DNA of 64,000 nt from Narcine bancroftii (taxonomy: Eukaryota), in assembly GCF_036971445.1 (NCBI RefSeq), contig NC_091470.1:10230001-10294000 (forward strand). The letters run 5' to 3'. The stretch's first letter is position 1. Each line of letters starts with the position of its first letter. Positions 50,765-61,775 of this stretch are shown here, piece after piece. The translations under genes were made by a program, and so were the position numbers. The notes below the pieces were generated by a model. It was not told the origin of the DNA. It searched no databases and saw nothing but the letters and a program-made list of their open reading frames with translations.

Positions 50765-52535
50765 TACCGGTAACATTCTTGTAAATCTTCTCTGCTCTCT
50801 ATCTTGTTGATATCCTTCCTATAATTTAGTGACAAAAACTGCACACAATACTCCAAATTTGGCCTCACCGATGCCTTGTACAACTTCAGCATGACATCCC
50901 AACTCCTGTACTCAATATTCTGATTTATGAAGGCCAACGTACCAAAAGCTTTCTTCACCCCTGTATCTACATGTGGCTCCACTTTCAGGGAATTATATAC
51001 CAGGATTCCTAAATCCCTTTGTTCTACTCCACTCCTCAATTATCTACCATTTACCATGTATGATTTTTGCTGATTAGTCCTACCAAAATGTAGCACCTCA
51101 CATTTATCAGTATTAAACTCTATCTGCCATCTTTCAGCCCACTTTTCTAACAGGCCTCTATATCCCTCTGCAAGCTTTGAAAACCTTTCTTACTGTCCAC
51201 AACACCACCAATCTTCGTATCATCTGCATACTTACTAATCCAATTGACCACCCCATCATCCAGATCATTAATATATATGACAAACAACAATGGACCCAGT
51301 ACCAATCCATGAGGCAAATCCACTAGTCACTGGCATTCAAGTTGACAAACAATTTTCCACCATTATTCTCTGGCATCTCTCATCCAACCATTGTTGAATC
51401 CATTTCACTACTACTACCTTAATACCTAATGATTGAACCTTCCTAACTAACCTCTTATGCAGAACCTGGTCAAAGGCCTTACTAAAGTCCATATAGACAA
51501 CATCCACAGCCTTCCCTTCATCAACCTTCTTAGTAACCTTCTCGAAAAATTCTATAAGATTTTTTAAACATGATCTACCTCGTACAAAACCATGTTGACT
51601 TCTCTAATCAAATCCCTGTCTTTCCAAATAATTGTATATACCATCTCTATAAACATTTAAAATTTCCCCTTTCTCTTCTGACTCCTCACAGAGCCGACCC
51701 CCCTGATCCTCAAGGGGCCCAAATTTTATCCCTCACTATTCTTTTACTGTTAATGTACCCGTAGAAACCTTTTGGATTTATTTTACCCTTTCTGTCAAAG
51801 CAGCCTCATACCTCCTTTTAGCCTTTCTAATTTCTTTCTTAAGATTTTTTCTCAATTAAGATAATTTCTCAAGCACCTCATCTATTCCCACATCCACCAA
51901 ACCAAATTCCCAATATCCCTTGAAAACTAAGGCTCCCTATATTTTCTAACCTTTCCTTTAATCTTCACAGGGACAGACCGACTCTACTCTCAAAATTTCC
52001 CCTTTGAATATCATCCATTTAACTGTTGCATCCTTCCCAGGAAATAAATTCTTCCAATCCACCCCCTCTAAATCCTTTTGCATCTCCTCAAAATTAGCCT
52101 TGTTCCAATCAAGAATCTCAACCTTAGGCCCAGCCCTATCCTTCTCCATTATTAACCTAAAATTAAAAGTATTATGATCCTAAGTGTTCCTCAACACAAA
52201 CCTCTGTCACCTGACCTATCTCTTTGCCTCTGTCGTCTGTTCTTCTGTGTATTTTGAAAACTTTCCTGTACACATTTGACAAACTCCAACCCATCCAGCC
52301 CTTTTACAGTATGGGTGTCCAAGTCAACGTGTGGAAAATTTAAATTTCCTATAATGACCAACTTATGTTTACTACACATATCCTATCTCCTTACAAATTT
52401 GCTCCTCTAAATTCCTCTGTCCATTGGGGGGGGGGGTCTATAATGCACCCCAATTTGTGTTTTCATGCCTTTCCCATTCCTCACTTTCACCCAAATCGCC
52501 TTAATGGATGAGCCCTCCACTCGATCCTGCCATAG
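50765..52535 (-). mobile_element. CR1 ORF2 fragment with internal deletions
   Basis: [46 protein letters not shown]. Confidence 0.9.
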
Positions 52536-52649
52536 CCCTGCAGTAATTTGGAGGGTACATGAATGGGAGAGGGATGGAGGGCTAGAGACTGGGTGTAGGT
52601 CAGTGGGACTAGGCAAAAAAAATGGTTTGGCACAGACTAGAATGGCCCA

Positions 52650-53180
52650 CACACACCCATTTAAGAAACGCTTGGGAACAAATTCAGTTTTTGGGTTTTT
52701 TTGGTTTTCGGAACGAAATCAAAAAAACCTCAAAATAGCACATTAGCATCAGCGGTTAAACAATGACATGATGACACAAATGAAAAGTTCACATGAAATA
52801 ATGTTTAATACGTACCAAAAAAATACCTTGATCTCTGGCCCCTGAGTATGGTTCCCGTTCCTGCCTGGGAGCCCAAAGCAACTTCTCCGATGTGGACGGG
52901 ACAGCACCTTATGTTGAGAATTGAGTCGGCGACTCCGGCTCCAGCCGATGCTGAAAACTTGGAGCCAGCTCCATTTGGATCTTCCCGGCCAGAAGCAAAG
53001 ATTTAGGTTTTTTTTTCTGTTATTGTATACAAATTGGCAACAACAGAGAGTCAGAGCCCCACACGGTAAAGTCAGGTGTTGAAATTTTTTCTACTTGTGA
53101 CCTCATGTCGGCACTAAAGAAAAATGTGGTTTTTGGATCTTTTCGGTTTTTGGAACTTTGGATACAGGATACTCGACCTG
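52650..53180 (+). mobile_element. Tigger/pogo-type MITE resembling Tigger4 (Zombi)/MER46
   Basis: Left GAAACGCTTGGGAACA...GGTTTTCGGAA; right CTACTTGTGACCTCATGTCGGCACT...TTTCGGTTTTTGGAACTTTGGATACAGGATACTCGACCTG. Both resemble recalled Tigger4 ends. The left TIR is truncated. Confidence 0.65.
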
Positions 53181-54262
53181 TGTGTGTATGTATGTAATAA
53201 AATTATATATAATATTTACATCATATACAAATATTATAAAATAACTGGTAGGGGAGTCTGGTAAAGGTTCCATTATTGTCACATAACACTATATTTAGAA
53301 TGTAACATACATGAAATTCTTTAACTTTGTCTACTATAAGGAAGTCAGAGAGTCACCACTTTGTCCAGCGCTCCTGAAGGCACTACTTCAGGATTGAAGG
53401 CTGCTTGTTTATAACTGGACCTATGCAGATGACTTGCAGTTGTGGGACACTCACGGACTGCAGGGTGCTGAGACCAGCTCATGGAACCAGGTATCGGACC
53501 TGGGATTGGAAAGGGTGATGAGGGCAAGAAGGGCTCCCAAAGGGCCTCGGGCGCTGAAGGCTTCCTGATCGTGTCGGAAGTTTGGATCTGGAGCTCGGGT
53601 TGCCGATGGATCAAACAGGAGTCTCTGAGGCTGCAGGAGGTGAATCCACGGACACTCAGTGCCGGGCAACATTAATGGCCACTATTTGCCTTATGGCAGG
53701 CAGAAGTTAAAGTACTGTGCATCATGTGTGTTACAATAAAATGAACCTTCCCTTAACATCATCATGCCTGGTTTGGAGGGTATGAGCTGTAATGAGAGCT
53801 CATACCTTCCCTTAACTCGTTGGAGAGGGATGTGAGAATATGGGAACAGGGAAGAGCCCATTCAGTCTTTTCAGCTGCTCTGCCAGTTAGTGTGACTTAA
53901 CTCATTAAACCCACTTTTTCGTGATATCCTTTTAGATACAATCACAGAGCATGGAAACGGGCCCAAAATGTTGACTGCCTTTGACTTCCCATGGATGCTG
54001 TGTGACCTGCTGAGTTTCTCCAGCACCTTTATTTACAGGACTTGAACTCGAAAAGGCTGAACCGAGTAATGAGGGGTGTCTTGGGGACATTGCTGGGATG
54101 CACAGGGATCTGGTGGTACCCCTGGACCAGGTCAATTTTTGAGAAGATCCTTACTCCCGTGAAGTCCTGGATGTGGGGAACTGGGTACTGGTCAGCTATC
54201 GTGGCATCATTGAGCTGGCTTCTAAACCCCCTTCCCTTTTCCAAATTAACACTTTTTCATGA

Positions 54263-54403
<141 letters not shown>

Positions 54404-55026
54404 TAAAATCCACTCCTTTGTTTTCCTCCATGAACCATTTTGAAATCACCCCTTGTTATCTGCTGCACGGTGCGATCGGAACCTATACTGACAACGTGAA
54501 AGAAAGTTACAATCAAGGTCCTTAATCCCATCAGGAGGCTTATGTTATGGAACAAGTGGAGGTGTTATGGCATTCAACACTGACACTTCACTATATCTGC
54601 CATTCCCCAAAGGGACTGTGCCCATGATGTATTTCACAGACACTTCACTCACTCCCGGTGGAGTCTGAGGAGCTGTTCACTCATTGGAGAGGGATGTGAG
54701 AATATGGGAACAGGGAAGAGCCCATTCAGTCTTTTCAGCTGCTCTGCCAGTTAGTATGACTTAACTCATTAAACCCACTTTTTCGTGATATCCTTTTAGA
54801 TACAATCACAGAGCATGGAAACGGGCCCAAAATGTCAACTGCCTTTGACTTCCCATGGATGCTGTGTGACCTGCTGAGTTTCTCCAGCACCTTTATTTAC
54901 AGGACTTGACCCCCAACATCGCAGAGTTTCCTGTTTTACTCCCACCCAGGAGAGAAAGCAACCCTAGTTTGTTCAACCTCTCATTACAGCTCATACCCTC
55001 CAAACCAGGCATGATGCTGGTAAAGA

Positions 55027-55325
55027 GAGTGCAAGTCTGCAGATGCTCTGATTGTAGCAAACACAATGCTGGAGAAGCTCAGTAGGTCAAATGATGTACT
55101 TTATGTAGTAAAGATACATAACAAAGTTTATGGGCTTGACCCCTTCATCAGGGTATGAGCAAAATGTAGCCAGGCACTTATTACTTAATGAAGGGCTCAA
55201 GCCTGAAACGTTGGTTCTGTATCTTTACCTTTGCTAATATAAAGTACCCTGTTTGACCTGCTGAGTTTCTCCAGCATCATGTTTTTACTTCAACCACAGT
55301 GTCTGCAGACTTTCCTGATTTACTT
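55027..55325. mobile_element. Penelope pLTR foldback (long inverted repeat)
   Basis: AAGTCTGCAGA..ATGCTGGAGAAGCTCAGTAGGTCAAA..CCCTTCAT pairs with ATGAAGGG..TTTGACCTGCTGAGTTTCTCCAGCAT..TCTGCAGACTT. Confidence 0.8.
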
Positions 55326-55879
55326 CCTTGATATATATCCGACGTTTCTATTAAGGTATGATCAAAATGTAGGCAGGCGCCTGAATAAAATGATGGGGGA
55401 GGGGGGAGGGAGATCACAGGCACAAGATCATCGGTCGATATGAGAGGGGGCACAAGAGGGAAGGTGTTGGAGGGATGGGGGGTGTGGTGAGGAAGTATGG
55501 GGCTGAGGAAGCCAGAGGAGGGATGTGGGGGTTGAGGGCTGGAGAGGGGGAGGGGCCAAGGAGGGGAGGTGCTACTAAACCACTTCTGTGCCCTTTCACC
55601 CACATCCTTCCTGTAATGGGGTGACCAGAATTGCACATAGTATTCCAAGTACAGTCTAACCACAGTTGATTAACCTCCTTACTCTGATACTCAGTGCCTA
55701 CCTGGTGAAGCCAAGCATTCCATGCACCGTCTTTACCACCCATCTACCTGCATAACAGAATCAGGTTTATTGCCATGAACACATCATGAGATGTGTTTTG
55801 CAGCAGCGATATGGAGCAGAACAAGATGCAAAAATTACTATAAATGTTAATTTCATATATACAAGATTAAAAAAAATTA

Positions 55880-57010
55880 TTCGTAGGCAAAAGAGAAATG
55901 GCGTATGGCGAGGTCGAGGGCCAACAACTCACTGTCGAACGCACTACTGCTCTGGGGGGGTGCAGGAATCTGCTGAAGAACCTCCCATGTCCAACAATCA
56001 GCTGCTCCAGGATACTGCTGATGGCCATGTTGGATGCATTGACTGAGGGCGGTGGACACATCAATGTGCACTAGAAGGGTGGCCTTGGCCAGAGTGTCTT
56101 TGGCCTGGACTCCATGTCTTTGGACTCCATGTCCCAGCTGAGTTTTTTGATCTGACTGGACAGCAGCTTGAAAAGAGGTTGCGTGATCCTGGCAGCTGAC
56201 GGCAGGAATCGATGGTAGAAGTTGACCATCCCAACGAACTCCTGCAAACCTTTGACCGTAGTTGGCTTGGTGATCTTATGAATGGCCTCAACCTTTGATG
56301 GAAGAGGGACTGCCCCATGTCAATTGATATGCGGTGCCCAAGGAAATCGATGGCTGTCAGACCAAACTGACATTTTGTACTCAGTTGTTGGCAGAGCAGC
56401 TGGAGATGTGTTAGGTGTTCCTGTCGCGAATGACGAGGAATGAGGATGTCATCTAGGGAGATAAAAACAAAATCCAGGCCTCACCCCACCGAGTCCGAGT
56501 CTCTGGGAAGTCTGCGCTGCGTTTTTGAGGCCAAATGGCATGTGGAAGAACTTGAAAAGGCTGAACCGAGTAATGAGGGGTGTCTTGGGGACATTGCTGG
56601 GATGCACAGGGATCTGGTGGTACCCCTGGCCAGATCAATTTTTGAGAAGATCCTTGCTCCCATGAAGTCCTGGATGTGGGGAACTGGGTACTGGTCAGCT
56701 GTCATCATTGAGCCGGCAGTAGTCCCCACAAGATCTCCATACCCCAGAAGACTTTGGCACCGTGTGTAGAGGAGAGGCACATGGGCTGTCCGAGTGCCGA
56801 ATGATTCCCATCTCCTCCATCTTCCTGAATTCTTCCTTGGCAAGCTGCAGCTTGTCAGGAGGAAGCCTGTGTGCCCTGGCATGTAGCAGTGATTTGTAGC
56901 AGGGGTCCCTACATGGGGATTTGGTGCTAGACGCCATGGTTCAGGACCGTGGTGAGAACTGTGGCATTATAATGGCTGGGAATCCTGCCAGGATTCCGGC
57001 AAACGTTGCC
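55880..57010 (-). mobile_element. Decayed Ty3/Gypsy pol fragment (RT and RNase H)
   Basis: RLPPDKLQLAKEEFRKMEEMGIIRHSDSPCASPLHTVPK, WRSCGDYCRLN, YPVPHIQDF, FSKIDL, SAFDSELLALDLAIRHF. Confidence 0.9.
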
Positions 57011-58199
57011 CGATAAGGTTACCTAGTTGAAGTGGGTGGGCTATGCAGCAAATGAAAGAGAAACCACACAGAAGCTGGGAGTGAGCTGAACCAACCAACT
57101 GACTTTACCGGAACTCTCCAAGAGCTTATCAGCACGACCCCCATGATCTTTTGCACACCTCCCCCCCCCCCCCAAAACCCGGGACTATTGTGATGTCAGC
57201 AAGTATGAGTCTGCACCTCCATGGTCCGGTTCGCTTGTGGATCAGTGCAGCCGCTACAACTCATCTTTTCTTTATTTTTTGCACTACTGATAAATAGAAA
57301 TTCTGCCTGGCCCGCAGGAAAAAGAAACACAGGGTTGTATATGATGCCATTTCTGTACTCTGACAATAAATTGCTGTCGACAACCAGCACACACCATTCT
57401 GGAGTGACCTCCCTGCTCAGCTCACAAAGGAACGTCTCCCATGTGCCATTTTAAACATTTTATTGACCCTTTCCTGTTATTTATAGGGAAATGTGGATGG
57501 TGATTCAAAATCCCTCTGTTCCTCCACCATTCACATCGTATTTCCTCGTAATGCTGCACCTTCCCAATTATGTAATCTCTGGGTTAAGTTTCTATTACCA
57601 CAGCTGGCCAAACTGTCTATACTTTCCTACAGTCTTACTCCTCCCTGTCAAGGCTAATCTTTGTATCATCTATAACTTTTATCATGCCTCTCTATTTAGT
57701 CTAAATTCTTCCCTTACTGAGAGCAGGGAGCTGAGACGGAGTTCACACAACACTTTGATTACTTCTTCCAACAGGTTAGTTTTGCATCTAATTTGTTGAT
57801 CTCCCTTGGATCCCATGAGGTTTTGATTTTTTTTTTACCATCCTGCTGTGTGGGGCTGCGTCAAAGGCTTTGCTGGATTTCAGGTACCCTAGATCTAGCG
57901 CAGTCTCATCACCCACCCTATTACTTCCCAAAAATCTCAGGCCAGTTTTGCCTTAATGAACAAATCAACACTGCTACTCTGATATTAACTTTCCTGAGGA
58001 AGGCTCAGTGATTTCCAATCCACCAAAATTAAATTAACTGGCCTGTAATTGCTTTAATTACTGTAATTACTTTCTCCCATTTACCAATGCTACTATGTCC
58101 AATCCACTGGTCTGCTCATGAACCAGGGAGCAATGAAATATCAGATTTGAAGCCTCTGCAATGTCCTTCCCTATTTTCCTCTTTCACTAATTTCACCCA

Positions 58200-58425
58200 T
58201 CAAACTTTTGCACTTCTCCTTCCCTCAGATTTTATCATTCATGGTGTGAACCCCAACCTACTCACTGTTCATTGTCAAACTTTTGCACTTCTCCTTCCCT
58301 CAGATTTTATCATTCATGGTGTGAACCCCAACCTACTCGCTGTTCATTGTCAAACTTTTGCATTTCTCCTTCCCTCAGATTTTACCATTCATGGTGTGAA
58401 CCCCATCCTACTCGCTGTTCATTGT
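58200..58425. repeat. 75-bp unit, three copies
   Basis: CAAACTTTTGCA..CTCCTTCCCTCAGATTTTA.CATTCATGGTGTGAACCCCA.. starts at 58201, 58276 and 58351. Confidence 0.97.
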
Positions 58426-58679
58426 GTTCTCTTCGTACGTAGCAGATGCCATTTGGCTGATGGAGTGTGAGCCTGAACTGAAGAGCAACCAGTCCCACTC
58501 CTTGACCTCTTGCTGTGTAATCTCCTCTTTCACAAACCTGGTCCTTCACCCTGGTTCTCTGACCAACCTCTACACCAGGGGCAATTTAACACTGGCCAAG
58601 TGCCCGAACAGTCTTCATGATATGGGAGGAAACGGACCCCAGAGAACAGCCTCACCATCACAGAAAGAAGTGCAAACTT

Positions 58680-59040
58680 CAGACAGTGCCAGATGTGAAG
58701 AAGGTGAATGCTATGTTGGCATTCATATCTCGGGGAATCAGATGTAAGGGCAGGGATGAGGTGTTAAGGCTTTACAAGGCACCGGTGAGGCTACACCTGG
58801 AGTATGGGGTACAGTTTTGGGCTCCTTATTTAAGAAAGGATGTACTGGCATTCGAGAAGGTTTGGAGAAGATTCACGAGTGACTCCTGGAATGAAGGGAT
58901 GAGCATTTAAGGCAGAGATTGATAGGTGTCTGTAGAGTCAGGGTATCGAAGGTTTTAGGGAGAAGGCAGGGGAGTGGAGCTGAGTGAGAGAATGGATCAA
59001 GTCATGTTGGAACGGTGGCCTACTTCTGCTCCTGCATCTG
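58680..59040 (+). mobile_element. CR1 3' fragment
   Basis: VLRLYKAPVRLHLEYGVQFWAPYLRKDV. Confidence 0.85.
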
Positions 59041-59320
59041 GGTTGCTGGAGATGTAAGGAAGATGCTTGATTAGCTGGTGTCTCCGTGCTACACTTCTTG
59101 AACATCAGGCCCCTTGTACATCCCCAGGTGTTGACTCTCCTATGCTGGAGATGATGTTGCTGAGACAGTCCCTCCTGACATCTCTCCACCTCTTTACACT
59201 CACAACTCTTCCTTTCAGATATTCTCTGGCCTACTCCGAGGTCTCCTTACATGGCTTAGTGTTAATCTTCATTCATTTGGTTCTTTTCGGGCCTGTATAA
59301 CAGTATGCTGTTGTTTCTAG

Positions 59321-59494
<174 letters not shown>

Positions 59495-60774
59495 ATATCC
59501 TCCAAAAGCCCACAGAGTAGACTCCGATCAGCTTCCGTGAACACAACAGAAAACGCTGTCTCGATGTGTTGTCCCAGACTCCAGGCGATTGCGAGCTCTA
59601 TCACACCCATAATATGTCGCTCCGTTGCCATGTAACTAAATCAATGTTCGTCAAGCAGCATCACCAATTTTACAAATTAGATGCAAATCATATCCAATCC
59701 ATGGGCAGAAGAGTTGACGAAGTGTCTGGGTGTGATTTATGAAGAAGTAGACACAACTGTCTAAGACTGGTCCTGTTATTGTGGGCACATTGTACTTTCT
59801 GATAGCTCCATTGGTTTTCAGTTACCCACAGTGAGATGGGTGGGTGGGGGGGGGGGATGCGGCCTTTATGAATTACAACAGTTCTGTCAGCGAATAATGA
59901 TTACAGGTATGTCTACACTTTGCTGCCGTTTTTTGAACTTGGAAGAATAAAGGTGACCTTGCTGAGGTACAAAATATCCTAAGGGGCTTGACGGAAATAT
60001 TGAGATATTTTCACTAGTGGGGGAGTCTCAAACAAGGGGGCAAGAAAGGACATGTGTGTAGAAATGCCATCTTCAGATGGTAAATATCTGGAAGTATTTA
60101 CCCCAGAGACTGGAGCGTCGGGAATATTTAAGGTGGAGGGAGATTTTTTTTGACAAATCTAGGCATTGAGGGTGACATGAACAGGCAGAGAAGACCAGGA
60201 GGCTGGGGAGGTTTCAGGGACCTGGAGGCCTCCTCCTGATGGTTCTTGTAAAAGAAACAGTTCACAGATCCAAACGGAGAATACTGAAGTGGTTGGGAAT
60301 TATCAGGGAGGGAGAAATGTAGTACCTGAGGGTCATGACCTGGAATGATGAGTTTACAATCATGGTGGTTGACTTACCCAGACATAAATTTCAGGTCTTC
60401 ACTAGAATACCTTTCTCTGTCTCTGTAAGATTATTGGATCCTGTTCATGTCTCTGTTCATCTGATTGCATCCTTGTATCTCCTGCCTATCACCCCCTCAG
60501 CCAACTCCAGCTCCAATTTCCTAACACAGTGCAGCTGGATGAACTTCTTGCAGATGAAGTCATCAGGCTTCCATGACGATCCACGTTCTGCAAGAGGAGC
60601 ATGTCTCTGGCCTTGCTGCAAAAACCTGTCCTTACCTTGCCTCAACTCATACACGTCCACCTCAGCTTCTGCTCGTTGAAGCCTCTCGAACCAAAGCCTC
60701 ATTCTGACTCCTACACTGGGCCGTTCCACAATGGCCATCCCTCTTGACGTGATCTTACATTTATTGGCTACAGC

Positions 60775-61400
60775 TTGTCGTTCATCCATCGTCGTCACTT
60801 TAAAATTGGATGTGGTGTGTCCGAAGATGATTGGTCCAGCCAATTTGGACACAAAATGACCTGGCACATGTTGGGCAGATGTGTATGCTCTGCATTTGTA
60901 GCGCTGGACTTGTGCAGCTTGTGCTTATGTTGTTTCATCAGTGTGCCTGGCTTCGTAAGCTTGACAGGCTGTGTGGGTAAGGCCATGCCATGTAGGGCGG
61001 TTTTGTGCCAGCATTTCCCAGGTGGTCATGACTATGTCAAGCGACTTCAGAGAGGTCTTTAATGTGTCTTTGTAATGTTTCTTCTGCCCTCCATGCCACT
61101 GTCTACCAGCAGAGATTTCCCCAAACAGGAGCTTCTTGGGTATGTGCTTATCCAGTGTACAGTTGACACGACCTGCCCACCGGGTCTGTGCTCTCATTAG
61201 CAGTGTGTGGACTGATGGTCGACTTGCTCTAGAGAGAACTTCAGTGTCTGGTACTTTATCTTACCAACTGATGCCCAATATTCTGCGAAGACAAGTCACG
61301 TGAAAATGGTAGAGCTGTCTTGCATGCCTTCGATACAGTCCGCATTTCACAGGCATACAGGAGGGTCGTGAGTAGACTTTGTAGACTTTCAGTTTTGTTG
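60775..61400 (-). mobile_element. RTE-clade (BovB-like) LINE 3' fragment
   Basis: LLTTLLYACE, RAQTRWAGRV, IPKKLLFGEISAGRQWHGGQKKHYKDTLKTSLK, WEMLAQNRPTW. Confidence 0.85.
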
Positions 61401-61775
61401 CTGGACTGATTCCTCAGCGTTCCCATACAGCTACAGCTAATGGGCCAGTGGAGACCTTTAAACAAGCGGCTATCTCTCGCTACTTTTAAAACGCTCCTCC
61501 TCTCATTCACAGTCCCTGCCTATTGAGACCCACGAAATGCTCCATTTTAAACTCTTCTCTCTGACCTGATTGCAGCTCTCTCACTCTGCGAATCGATTGT
61601 CTGCCGCTAATGCTGAGGTGGTGAAAGCAACTCCAGAAATTAAAGTCCTTCTACCTATAAATTGGCTGATAAAAGTGATCCCAAATGGATTTACATGTGC
61701 TTAAAACCTTTGTGTGTGGATAAAAGCCCTGATATCTGATATAACTGCAGTCTGTCAGTGCCACATACAATTATG

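Noticed and set aside
52825-52975. TMED8 first exon candidate (ATG GAG CTG GCT...)
   Set aside because: There is an in-frame TAA after 21 codons, and it lies inside the Tigger-like MITE.
60457-60867. 136-aa ORF
   Set aside because: It is a chimera of an RTE tail and a CR1 ORF1-like remnant (DDFICKK...VRKLELEL).
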